Of a stretch of 32,000 nt of DNA, positions 1 through 7,967 are shown piece after piece. This stretch comes from Ignicoccus hospitalis KIN4/I. Lineage in GTDB: Archaea > Thermoproteota > Thermoprotei_A > Sulfolobales > Ignicoccaceae. Within the stretch, counting starts at the first letter, position 1. Each line of letters begins with the position of its first letter. The stretch lies in contig NC_009776.1 in NCBI RefSeq assembly GCF_000017945.1, positions 810,001 through 842,000 on the forward strand. The letters are read 5' to 3'. Under the pieces are notes generated by a model. That model was given only the letters and a program-made list of their open reading frames with translations. It ran no database searches and was not told where the DNA came from. Both the position numbers and the translations under genes were made by a program.

Positions 1-663
1 CGTGTAAACTATCCTCTCGAACCGCGTCGCTATTACCTCTAGGGCCTTCCTCACCAAGTCAACGTAAATGGGGACCTCCTCCGGCGCAACCCTCTCCGGC
101 GGGTAGTCGTAGTGGGCGCTGGGGAAGTAGACGTCGAAGAACCTAGGGACTATAACTAAGGGCTCACTCATGACGAACCTCCAGACGTCGTTGCCGTACT
201 TGTTTATTATTGATTCTATCTTCTTGTACATGAAGCTGTCCCTGTAAGGCTTCACCTTCGAGCACGGGGTTATTAAGGCCACTTCCCCCGGGCCCATCTT
301 GTCCAACAAGTAGCTGAACAAGAACTCGTGGTAGTCCTTGACGGTCGGGTGTAGGAAGAGCCAGTCGCCCTCCAGAACCACCTCTCCGGGCGTCGCGTAC
401 ACCGTGTCCAGGTCGTACTCCCTCGCGAGGTAGAAGCCTATGGGAGTTACTACCTTAATTCCCTTAAAGTGTAAGTACTGGGGGTCCACTACCAGCGCCT
501 TGAGGGCTAAGTCTAGTTCCCTTTCATTTATCCTCTCATCATTCATTAAGGATTCTGCTATATTCACGAGTTCGTCCTTGTATTTTGATGCTGTCTCCTT
601 AGCCCTCCGCCACAGTTCCGCCCTGCACGCCTTCTTGTTGAGGCAAGCGACTAGGCTTTCCAC
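1..663 (-). CDS. ArcS-like / DUF5591-domain protein (archaeosine-pathway family). Partial: the 3' end runs off the left edge of the window.
   Basis: I translated the minus strand by hand; the ORF track omits it because it is truncated at the edge. The frame is open from the stop at 667-669 down to base 1. It reads ...KMGPGEVALITPCSKVKPYRDSFMYKKIESIINKYGNDVWRFVMSEPLVIVPRFFDVYFPSAHYDYPPERV... This matches the PC-x3-KPY-x2-S motif and the downstream 'P..hYD' block of the ArcS C-terminal/DUF5591 family. The start is ambiguous: GTG 663, which overlaps the upstream permease by 65 nt, or GTG 567, or ATG 546. Confidence 0.6.
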   Translation of the reverse strand, partial: MESLVACLNKKACRAELWRRAKETASKYKDELVNIAESLMNDERINERELDLALKALVVDPQYLHFKGIKVVTPIGFYLAREYDLDTVYATPGEVVLEGDWLFLHPTVKDYHEFLFSYLLDKMGPGEVALITPCSKVKPYRDSFMYKKIESIINKYGNDVWRFVMSEPLVIVPRFFDVYFPSAHYDYPPERVAPEEVPIYVDLVRKALEVIATRFERIVYT

Positions 664-1519
664 GCCTTAACCCGTTGAGAGTATAGGCCAACGACCCTAT
701 CCTCCTAGAGAGGGATAGTGATACTATCAGTAGGACGAAAGTAGCACCAACCACCCCGACCTCCGGGACCCCCCACTCGCCCGAGATCGCGCACCCGAGC
801 CAGCCCACCAAGGCTCCGGAGGCGTAGGTGGCTTCGAAGTTCCTCTCCACTTCCCTCAGCCCGGACCTCAAGCTGAAGGTCGCCGGGAGGATTAACAGCA
901 CTTGAGAACTCAATAGGCCGACAGTAAACGAGGCGAAAGAAGTCCCCAAAACCATAAAGAAGAATAAGAGCCAAGCCCAGAGCAGAGGCCTCTTCGCAGT
1001 AACTTTGAGGTACTCGTAATCAAACATGACTGCGGCTAACTGTAGTTTAAACGCACTACCTACCAGCATAATTGTAATAGCTATCGCTGCTAAGAAGTAG
1101 GAGCTGAGCTCGTCTACGGTCCAAAGGGAGCCAGAAAGGGACATCATGGCTTGTGCGGCAGCTTCTGGGCTGGCGTAGGCCATGCCTATGCTGGCGAGTA
1201 TTAGGAGCGTCGCGACCGCTTCAGAAACCTCTTCCAAGCCCGAGCTCACGAACTTCTTCGCGAACACGAGAGCTATTATGGAACTGACCAGAACGTCCAA
1301 CACGAAGGCGTGAGCCACATCTATGGACAAGACGAACGAGGCTATAGATAAGAAGAAGCCCAATAAGACGGAGGCTAGAAAGGGGCTTACGAGGTCCATG
1401 CAGACCACGCTGCACCCGATGGCGCCAGAGAGGGACGCCAAGGAGAAGGTGGCCAAGGCCGTGGGTAGGGGGAGCGTGGCCAATAGTATAGTCGTAGCGA
1501 TGGCTATCTCCGTTATCAT
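599..1519 (-). CDS. ABC transporter permease, probably the metal-chelate 'ABC-3'/ZnuB-like family
   Basis: Strongly hydrophobic polytopic protein with about 8-9 predicted TM helices. ATG 1519 overlaps the TGA of the upstream solute-binding protein gene (ATGA), so I prefer it to the track's GTG 1543. The family call comes mainly from this coupling to a TroA/ZnuA-like binding protein. Confidence 0.6.
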   Translation of the reverse strand: MITEIAIATTILLATLPLPTALATFSLASLSGAIGCSVVCMDLVSPFLASVLLGFFLSIASFVLSIDVAHAFVLDVLVSSIIALVFAKKFVSSGLEEVSEAVATLLILASIGMAYASPEAAAQAMMSLSGSLWTVDELSSYFLAAIAITIMLVGSAFKLQLAAVMFDYEYLKVTAKRPLLWAWLLFFFMVLGTSFASFTVGLLSSQVLLILPATFSLRSGLREVERNFEATYASGALVGWLGCAISGEWGVPEVGVVGATFVLLIVSLSLSRRIGSLAYTLNGLRRGKPSRLPQQEGVQGGTVAEG

Positions 1520-2349
1520 TTCTCTCCGCTCAGCGCTTCGCACGTGAGCTTTAAGTATTCATGGAAGGTCTCTACGGGGGGGTTCAGCAAGTACACCTTC
1601 ACTACCGGCTTGCCCAGCCTGTGCGCTTGGGCTATCATGTACTTGGCGGCCGGCGTATTGGAGCTGACGTCAGAGACCACCAGCATGTCAGCGTCTTTGA
1701 GCGCTTCCACGCCCTTCTTCATTTGCAGCCCGCTGACGGAGGCAGGCCCCTTCTCCATCACTACGAACTTCGTGACGACGCCGAAGTTGTAGATTATGTA
1801 CTGTTCACCGGGCAACATCACGACCGCGCTCTTGTCCCCGGCGAAACACTCCTCTAGGATTTCTCTGGATTTCTTAAGTTCCTCTATGAAGGAGTTAACG
1901 TACTTGGCACAGGAGCTCGGCTCAACCTCGCACGCGTGGGCGCTCACTTGGGACATCAGCAAGAACGCGTTAGGGGCGTAGAGCCACCAACCGTGGGGGT
2001 TCAAGTCCCCGTTGGGTAGCCTTAATATCGCGAAGCCAAGCTTGCTTAAGGCGGCCCCGGGAGTGCCGGGCACCGGCTCGGGAACGTTGCCGGCGCCCCT
2101 CCTCTCGGCCAACTGCCTCTCGAAGGGCCAGTGGACCGTGTTGACGAACACGTCCGCTCGAAGCGCTTCCTCTATTTGAGCGGCGGTGGGCTTCCAGAAC
2201 AGCGGCGAGGCCCCCGGGGGGACCAGGTAAGTCACCTCACCTACCACGGGCTTCACTACAATTGCTAGCGACTTCACTGTGGCTACCACGCTCAACGGAA
2301 AAACCGCTTGGGCAAGTAAGAGAGCTGCTACGAACGCCTTTCTCATCAT
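1516..2349 (-). CDS. Extracellular solute-binding protein, TroA/ZnuA-like (cluster A-I metal-binding family)
   Basis: N-terminal signal/anchor sequence MMRKAFVAALLLAQAVF. The block order is typical of ZnuA/TroA: '...VPPGASP..WKPTAAQIEEALRADVFVNT...', 'NPHGWWLYAPNA', 'AVVMLPGEQYIIYNFG'. Its ATG overlaps the Nudix stop (ATGA at 2346-2349). Confidence 0.6.
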   Translation of the reverse strand: MMRKAFVAALLLAQAVFPLSVVATVKSLAIVVKPVVGEVTYLVPPGASPLFWKPTAAQIEEALRADVFVNTVHWPFERQLAERRGAGNVPEPVPGTPGAALSKLGFAILRLPNGDLNPHGWWLYAPNAFLLMSQVSAHACEVEPSSCAKYVNSFIEELKKSREILEECFAGDKSAVVMLPGEQYIIYNFGVVTKFVVMEKGPASVSGLQMKKGVEALKDADMLVVSDVSSNTPAAKYMIAQAHRLGKPVVKVYLLNPPVETFHEYLKLTCEALSGEK

Positions 2350-2771
2350 GGAGATTTGCCCAGGTGAAGGAGCATCTTGAGGGCGTCTTTAAGTATTTCT
2401 GCATGGTCGAAGGCCAGGTCCTCCCAAGGTACCTCCGACAGCTCGAACCACTTGGCCTCCGCTGCGTCCGTAGACGCTTTGGGCTCTAAGTTGCCCTTCG
2501 GCGCGGCCAAGAAGGCCACGCTGACGTAGTGCCCCCTCGGGTCTCTGTTGGGGTCGGAGTAGACCGACACTAAAGTTACCAGTTCAGCCTCTATCCCGGT
2601 CTCCTCCTTGAGCTCTCTCAGGGCCGCTTCCTCCACGCGCTCTCCGCACTCCACCCTGCCCCCGGGCAAGGCCCACTTGCCCTTGAAGGGCTCGGCCCCC
2701 CTCTTAACGAGCAAGACCTTTCCTTCGTGAAATACTACCACGTCCACCGTGAGCACCGGGCAGCACTCCAA
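2346..2771 (-). CDS. Nudix hydrolase
   Basis: Complete Nudix box G-x5-E-x7-REUxEExGU, seen as GRVECGERVEEAALRELKEETGIE. TTG start at 2771. First gene of a three-gene string joined by ATGA overlaps. Confidence 0.85.
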   Translation of the reverse strand: MECCPVLTVDVVVFHEGKVLLVKRGAEPFKGKWALPGGRVECGERVEEAALRELKEETGIEAELVTLVSVYSDPNRDPRGHYVSVAFLAAPKGNLEPKASTDAAEAKWFELSEVPWEDLAFDHAEILKDALKMLLHLGKSP

Positions 2772-2802
2772 GCGCGTACCCTCGCGCTAGATGGGTCAAG
2801 CG

Positions 2803-2810
2803 TTTTATTG
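2803..2810. promoter_or_regulatory. A/T-rich TATA-like box (TTTTATTG / CAATAAAA) in the Nudix-gatA divergent intergenic region
   Basis: It is the only A/T-rich element in the 97-nt GC-rich gap. It lies about 35 nt upstream of the Nudix TTG (2771) on the minus strand and about 60 nt upstream of the gatA TTG (2869). The orientation cannot be assigned from sequence alone. Confidence 0.3.
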
Positions 2811-2868
2811 AGCGGAGCCCTCAAGGCCTGTCAAAAACGGCCCCTCCGAGCCGGCGCGGGGCCCAACT

Positions 2869-4206
2869 TTGGAGAGCTTGGAGAGGCTTTACGACGCGCT
2901 GGAGCGCGACGAGCTCAACGCTTTCATAACCTTGCGCCCCCGCGAGGAAGTCCTCAGAGAGGCGAGGTCCCTGCTGGAGAGGGGCCTGAGGCCAAAGCCC
3001 GTCACGATCAAGGACAACATAAGCACGAAGGGAATTAGGACCACCGCGGGCTCCTTAATGCTGAAGGATTACGTACCTCCCTTCGACGCGACCGTAATTA
3101 AGAGGTTAAAGGAGAGAGGCTACGTAATAGTAGGAAAGACCAACATGGACGAGTTCGGAATGGGCAGCACCGGTGAGAACAGCGCCTTCGGGCCCACCAA
3201 GAACCCCTTGGACCCGGCCAAAGTGCCGGGGGGCTCTTCCTCGGGGGCCGGCGCGGCCGCTAGGAGGTACTCCCTCCCGGGGCTGGGGAGCGACACGGGG
3301 GGCTCAGTAAGGGCTCCGGCGGCTTGGTGCTCCGCCTTCGGCTTGAAGCCCACCTACGGGGCGGTCTCGCGTTACGGGCTTATCCCCTACGCGGACTCGC
3401 TCGAGCAGATCTCCCCCATAGGCCCCACCGTCAAGAGCGTCGAGGAGCTCTTGGACGTTATAGCCGGTTACGACGAGATGGACGGGACGACCGTGAAACG
3501 GGAGCTGCGTGTGAAGGGCTGTAGCGAGAAGGGGGTGGAGGGCCTAAAGCTCTTCGTCCCGTCTAACGCTCTGGAATACGTCGATAACGACGTCAAAGCT
3601 GAGTTCAACGCCGCCTTGAGGAAGTTGAGCTCCGAGGGGGCAGAAGTAGAGGAGGGCCAGCTGCCCGAGCTCGAGGCCGCCTTGCCGGCGTACTACACAA
3701 TAGCTATGGCGGAGGCGTCCAGCAACCTGTCCCGGTACGACGGCATAAGGTACGGCCTAAGGGACGAAGACCTCCCGCCCATAACTGAGAACTTCTACGA
3801 GTACGTCTCGGAGGTACGCGGGAAGTACTTCGGCTGGGAGGTGAAGAGGAGGATAGTCGCCGGCGCGACGGTGCTCTCCGCCGGTTACAGCGAGGAGCTG
3901 TACTTGAAGGCTTTGAAGGCTAGGAGGAAGATAAGCGAACGCATATACGAGATAACCGAGGAAAGGCTCATAGTTACCCCCACCATGCCGGTCAAGCCGC
4001 CTAGCCTGGCCTCGGCCAGGTCGCCCAAGGAGCTCTTCGCAATGGACGTCTTAACGGTCTTCGCCAACCTCGCGGGCGTGCCCGCGGGGAGCGCGCCGGT
4101 GGGCGAGGGAGTGGGCCTCCAAGTGGTGGGACCGAGGTGGGGCGAGTGCGAGGTGTTGAGGGTTATGGGGACCTTCGAGAGGAAGGTTGACGCGCCGTGG
4201 CTTTAG
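2869..4206 (+). CDS. gatA: Glutamyl-/aspartyl-tRNA amidotransferase subunit A (amidase-signature family)
   Basis: 445 aa. Amidase signature GGSSSGAGAA, an upstream 'KDNISTKGIRTTAGS' block containing the catalytic Lys, and a GatA-like N-terminus (LNAFITL). No gatB or gatC is adjacent, so a generic amidase cannot be fully excluded. Confidence 0.8.
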   Translation: MESLERLYDALERDELNAFITLRPREEVLREARSLLERGLRPKPVTIKDNISTKGIRTTAGSLMLKDYVPPFDATVIKRLKERGYVIVGKTNMDEFGMGSTGENSAFGPTKNPLDPAKVPGGSSSGAGAAARRYSLPGLGSDTGGSVRAPAAWCSAFGLKPTYGAVSRYGLIPYADSLEQISPIGPTVKSVEELLDVIAGYDEMDGTTVKRELRVKGCSEKGVEGLKLFVPSNALEYVDNDVKAEFNAALRKLSSEGAEVEEGQLPELEAALPAYYTIAMAEASSNLSRYDGIRYGLRDEDLPPITENFYEYVSEVRGKYFGWEVKRRIVAGATVLSAGYSEELYLKALKARRKISERIYEITEERLIVTPTMPVKPPSLASARSPKELFAMDVLTVFANLAGVPAGSAPVGEGVGLQVVGPRWGECEVLRVMGTFERKVDAPWL

Positions 4207-4227
4207 GCTCTCCACTTAAAGGTCCGG

Positions 4228-4698
4228 TCACCCCTCCCCGAGTACAGCCCCAGTCATCGCCGCGACACACCTCATAGCCTCCCTTAAAGCCTTCTTGTGG
4301 GCCCTCTCCACGTGAAGGCCCAAGCTCGCCCCGACCACGGCCCTCTTCAGCTCCCTCCTCCCTACGGCCTCCGGCAAGAACGCTAAGGAGCCCAAGTCGA
4401 GCAGCTCTATGAACGCCAGAGAGGGCGAGCTCTCGAGCTCCCTCAAGGCCACTTCTATCGCGTTGAACAAGGTCTCCGCCTCCCTGGGCGACCGGTCCCT
4501 CTCGGCCTCCACGAGCCTCTCGACGTCGTCCTTGGCGGCGTCCAACCAGTAGGAGCCGTATTCTTGTACGTACTTAACTGCGACCGCTATCGTCTGGAGG
4601 GCGTTCTTGCACGCGTGGTAGAGCGCGAGCTCGAACGGGAGCTCGTTATACGGCTCCAGGGGGACTTGAGTTAGAGAGCGCTTGAGGCCCAACAGCAT
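4228..4698 (-). CDS. Hypothetical all-helical protein (156 aa)
   Basis: ATG start. The composition looks like a real protein (E/L/A/R-rich, not Ser-rich antisense-type). A GATAAA element lies about 27-30 nt upstream on the minus strand. I recognised no diagnostic motif. Confidence 0.5.
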   Translation of the reverse strand: MLLGLKRSLTQVPLEPYNELPFELALYHACKNALQTIAVAVKYVQEYGSYWLDAAKDDVERLVEAERDRSPREAETLFNAIEVALRELESSPSLAFIELLDLGSLAFLPEAVGRRELKRAVVGASLGLHVERAHKKALREAMRCVAAMTGAVLGEG

Positions 4699-4740
4699 GC
4701 TCTCGCAAAGCTTACTACTTGAGGTTTATCGGGTTTTTAC

Positions 4741-4778
4741 TTATATAATAAGCTTTTGTTCTCCGGCCTCCTTTTAAC
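4741..4778. promoter_or_regulatory. Divergent promoter region with TATA-like boxes (TTATATAATAAGC at 4741-4753, TTTTAAC at about 4772-4778)
   Basis: This is the most A/T-rich intergenic segment in the window, between the divergent genes 4228-4698(-) and 4809-5492(+). TTTTAAC sits about 33 nt upstream of the TTG at 4809. Confidence 0.4.
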
Positions 4779-4808
4779 GCTCCATGGCGCGCCGAGAGGG
4801 GGCCGAAC

Positions 4809-5492
4809 TTGGAGGGCTTCGCCTACGGGAAAAAGACGTTATTAATTTCCTTACTCAGCACCACGGCGTTCGCAGCGGTCCTATCCTTTTTCCCCCAGTA
4901 CTACGTCTACTTAATACTGGCATACTTCGTAATAATGCCAATTATAATGGTAAAGTTTATGTCAAAGCAGATCAAGGAGATGAGGGCCCCGGGGAGCGGC
5001 AAGACCCTAATGGAGGAGGACGCCAAGGAGCTCTTCGACAAGGACCCCCAAGGAGACATAATACTGAAGGCGCAGATGAAGCAGAACGCGCTAGGGATGG
5101 TACCATTCCTAATATTAATAGCTCTAGCTTTCACTTTGTGGCCAGCCATACTGCATTTGGAAGAGCCTTGGCTCCGCTTTATAGCAATATTCGCTTACTT
5201 CGAGAGCTACACCCTGCTGAACTACTTCTTGAACAAGTATAACTTAAAGAATATGAAGAAGGTGCCGAGACCCGTGTATCAATACAAGGTAACGGATAAG
5301 GGTATCCAAATCAAGCCCTTCGGCGGCATAACCTTCCCGCTCAAAGGGTATTCGATAAAGTTGGTCAAGGAGAGCAGCGCAGTTGACTTGGTGTCTAAGG
5401 AGGACGGCAAGCCCAGCTACCGGCTCTACGCTAAGGAGCCCGAAAGGCTTTACGACGTCTTGCGGAGGCTAGGCGGGGTTGAAGAAGCTTAA
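4809..5492 (+). CDS. Membrane protein: 2 N-terminal and 2 central TM helices, with a soluble C-terminal domain
   Basis: Hydrophobic segments TLLISLLSTTAFAAVLSFF / YYVYLILAYFVIMPIIMV / MVPFLILIALAFTLWPAIL / FIAIFAYFESYTLLNYF. These are followed by a beta-rich soluble tail (YQYKVTDKGIQIKPFGGITFPLKGYSIKLV...). It overlaps nep1 by 14 nt. Confidence 0.6.
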   Translation: MEGFAYGKKTLLISLLSTTAFAAVLSFFPQYYVYLILAYFVIMPIIMVKFMSKQIKEMRAPGSGKTLMEEDAKELFDKDPQGDIILKAQMKQNALGMVPFLILIALAFTLWPAILHLEEPWLRFIAIFAYFESYTLLNYFLNKYNLKNMKKVPRPVYQYKVTDKGIQIKPFGGITFPLKGYSIKLVKESSAVDLVSKEDGKPSYRLYAKEPERLYDVLRRLGGVEEA

Positions 5493-6108
5493 GGTCATAC
5501 TGCTCGAGTCCCCCCTAGAGCTGGCGCCTCCCTCTTGGCCCTACGGGCCGCTGATAGACAAGAGGTACCACTACCACAAGCTCTCCGCCTTTACGAGGAA
5601 GTGGAAGAGGGGGAGGCCGGACATAGTCCACACGACGCTGCTGGTCTTACTGGACTCGCTGTTAAACGCCAACGGCAGCTTGGAAGTGTACGTACATACC
5701 TTAGACGGCAAGGTTTACTACGTGAGCCCCGAGGAGAGGCTCCCCAAGCACTACGACGCCTTCAAGCAGATAATGGCCCAGCTCCTCCAGCGAGGCAAGG
5801 TCCCTCCCGAGGGGGAGCCGCTCATGTGGCTCGCGTACGAGAGCCTCTCGGACTTCGTGAAGGAACACGGAAAAATCATCCTGCTGTGGGAAAAGGGAGA
5901 GCCGAGGAGGTTCAAGGAAATAGCCTCAGAAGCCTTGGAGACCGGGGCCCCCGTGGGCATAGGCGCCTTCCCGAGGGGAGATTTCGAGAAGAGTACCTTG
6001 AGGAAGTCCGCTAAGAGGTACTCCGTGTTCGGCGGGAGGCCGTTGAAGGCTTGGACCGTAGCCTATAAGTTGGTGTGCGCAGCCGAAGAGCTCCTAGGGC
6101 TGGAATAA
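5479..6108 (+). CDS. nep1: Ribosomal RNA small-subunit pseudouridine methyltransferase Nep1/Emg1 (SPOUT family)
   Basis: 209 aa. Characteristic 'KRGRPDIVHTTLLVLLDSLLN' block and the overall Nep1 layout (LKVILLESPLEL... N-terminus, C-terminal 'SVFGGRPLKAWTV'). Confidence 0.8.
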   Translation: MKKLKVILLESPLELAPPSWPYGPLIDKRYHYHKLSAFTRKWKRGRPDIVHTTLLVLLDSLLNANGSLEVYVHTLDGKVYYVSPEERLPKHYDAFKQIMAQLLQRGKVPPEGEPLMWLAYESLSDFVKEHGKIILLWEKGEPRRFKEIASEALETGAPVGIGAFPRGDFEKSTLRKSAKRYSVFGGRPLKAWTVAYKLVCAAEELLGLE

Positions 6109-6144
6109 TACCTCAAGCCCCTCCGATAGCTGGGGGTCCGAGCT

Positions 6145-6570
6145 TTGGGCGTGGCCTACTTGTTCGTCTACGGCACGCTCATGCGCGGCTGCCCGCTTCA
6201 CGACGCGCTCAAGGAGGCGGGCGCGACGTTCGCCTCCCTCGCGGTCACCGCGGACCGCCACGCGCTCTACGAGGTTAGGTCCGGCAACGAGCGCTACCCG
6301 GCGATGTTGTTGGGCGGGGGAGAGCACTACGTTGCTGGGGAGCTCTACTTGATCCCCGAGGAGGGCTTGGATAAGTTGGACGTACTCGAAGGCGTCGTCG
6401 AGGGCGAGTACAAGAGGGAGAAGGTCAGAGTGAAGAGGGAGGACACGGGCCAAGTGGTGGAGGCTTACGCTTACGTGATAGATCCAGAGTTCCTCGAGAA
6501 GCTGATTTTGGAGGGGAGGGCGAAGTTGGTCACGTCCCTAGAAGGGGACTTAGTGCGCTGGAAGTGCTAA
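6145..6570 (+). CDS. Gamma-glutamylcyclotransferase-like (AIG2/GGACT family) protein
   Basis: N-terminal 'FVYGTLMRG' motif and a downstream 'GELY...LD.LEG...YKRE.V' block typical of the family. Start is TTG 6145 or GTG 6151. Confidence 0.7.
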   Translation: MGVAYLFVYGTLMRGCPLHDALKEAGATFASLAVTADRHALYEVRSGNERYPAMLLGGGEHYVAGELYLIPEEGLDKLDVLEGVVEGEYKREKVRVKREDTGQVVEAYAYVIDPEFLEKLILEGRAKLVTSLEGDLVRWKC

Positions 6571-6603
6571 AACCCTTACGCCGGACGCGCAACGGGCACG
6601 GCC

Positions 6604-6975
6604 TTGAAGGCGCTGGTCTGGGTCGCCGTAGGGGGCGCTCTGGGAGCCATAGTGAGGTACTTCTTCTACAAGTTCGTCCCCCAGGTCTATGACTTCCCCC
6701 TAGCCACCTTTTTGGTAAACGTAGTTGCGAGCTTTTTGCTCGGCTTCATTATCGGCGCGTTCGAGGCCAAGCCTTGGGGACAGCAGCTGAAGCTCGCCCT
6801 CGCCACAGGCTTCTGCGGGGCGTTGAGCACCTTCTCCACCTTCGCTGCTGATAACTACATCTTATTGAGGAGTTCCAAGTACATAACTGCCTTCGTTTAC
6901 ACTGCGGTCAGCGTGGGCTTGGGCATAGTCTCGGTCGCTCTGGGGGAGGACTTGGCTCAGCGCTTGCTCAAGTAG
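6604..6975 (+). CDS. crcB: Fluoride ion channel CrcB/FluC
   Basis: 123 aa with 4 TM helices. Family hallmarks 'GGALGAIVRY' and 'GFCGALSTFSTF'. Confidence 0.85.
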   Translation: MKALVWVAVGGALGAIVRYFFYKFVPQVYDFPLATFLVNVVASFLLGFIIGAFEAKPWGQQLKLALATGFCGALSTFSTFAADNYILLRSSKYITAFVYTAVSVGLGIVSVALGEDLAQRLLK

Positions 6976-7223
6976 TACAAGATCCTATTCTTTAGGGGTA
7001 AGCTGGCCCACCGGGGGCCTTCGACCCAGAGCTTCTCGCCGTCGTACTTCACCATCAGCCTCTTCTTCCCCTCCGAGTTCTCCAAGGTACAGTAGGTTAT
7101 GATCTTGTTAACCTTTACTAGCGTTCTCTCAATCCTTATGTAGCCTATCTTCCCCCTCAAGTCCCTTCCGGCCCTCTCGAGCGCCTCTAGGTACTCCTCT
7201 ACCTCTTTCCGCGTGAAGGGCAA
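6957..7223 (-). CDS. Hypothetical small protein (88 aa)
   Basis: TTG start and a K/E/R-rich composition consistent with genuine coding. Its 3' end overlaps crcB convergently by 19 nt. No recognisable motif. Confidence 0.45.
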   Translation of the reverse strand: MPFTRKEVEEYLEALERAGRDLRGKIGYIRIERTLVKVNKIITYCTLENSEGKKRLMVKYDGEKLWVEGPRWASLPLKNRILYYLSKR

Positions 7224-7279
7224 GGACTTCCCGGCGGAGTAAAGACCTCGGGACGTTACAAAAGCTCCGGGGTCGGATT

Positions 7280-7963
7280 GTGGTCCACCGGAAGCGCGTG
7301 GAGGTCGTGACCGACTTGATAGCGGAGGCTTTGGAGGAGGGCTGGGACAGGGAAAGGCTCAAGAAGGAGATGTACAAGAGGTACGAAGAACACGGCATAT
7401 CTCCCCTGAGGGGCATCGCCCTCCCCCCAGACATATTGGACAAAGAACTGGCCACTGTGTACGTGATATCCAAGTACGGCTTAGGTCTGGACGAGGAGTT
7501 GCGAGACCTGTTAGAGTTCGAGAGGAAGCTCGAGAGGGCTGCGGAAGCTATCCTCGAGAAGGGTAAGGACGCGAGGGAGCAAGTGACCTCGGAGCTCGGG
7601 CCTATAGACAGCAACTTGCTCTCCAGGATATTCAGAGTGGTCTTCACTTCAGTAGTGCTCGGGTTCAAAGACGAAGAGGAGCTCATAAGGCTCTTGCACA
7701 GAGCGTTGGAAACGTTCCCCGACATGGAGAATACGATAAGGAAGTACGCCAGGTTCTACGTAGCCTTTAGGGTTGCAGAAGCTATAGCGAAAGGGGAAGT
7801 TAGGAGTAGGATGGAAAAGGAGGCCTTGAAACAGTCCTTAGCGTTGAGAGTCGGGCTTCCAAAAGTAATTCCGGACGACAACTACATCTACAAGATAGCG
7901 AAAGAAGTCTTCAAAATCCCCGAGGAGAGGCTCCGTAAGGTCCTCAAGGTCAAGGAGGGGTGA
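7280..7963 (+). CDS. Hypothetical helical protein (227 aa), probably an archaea-specific conserved family
   Basis: Long ORF with protein-like composition. It ends 4 nt before the cbf5 start, so co-transcription with cbf5 is likely. The antisense 198-aa ORF (7129-7725) is Ser-rich and looks like a shadow ORF. Confidence 0.6.
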   Translation: MVHRKRVEVVTDLIAEALEEGWDRERLKKEMYKRYEEHGISPLRGIALPPDILDKELATVYVISKYGLGLDEELRDLLEFERKLERAAEAILEKGKDAREQVTSELGPIDSNLLSRIFRVVFTSVVLGFKDEEELIRLLHRALETFPDMENTIRKYARFYVAFRVAEAIAKGEVRSRMEKEALKQSLALRVGLPKVIPDDNYIYKIAKEVFKIPEERLRKVLKVKEG

Positions 7964-7967
7964 CGAG

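Noticed and set aside
4784-5242. 152-aa plus-strand ORF starting at the ATG at 4784
   Set aside because: It is out of frame with the 4809-5492 membrane-protein ORF, which has clear TM helices. This frame gives a Gly/Arg/Pro-rich low-complexity product.
6571-6603. Possible fluoride riboswitch upstream of crcB
   Set aside because: Only 33 nt separate crcB from the preceding gene, which is too short for the riboswitch fold. No conserved riboswitch segments were recognisable.
7129-7725. 198-aa minus-strand ORF
   Set aside because: It is antisense to the better-supported 7280-7963 gene. It is extremely Ser-rich and low in complexity, which is the typical shadow of a GC-rich coding strand.
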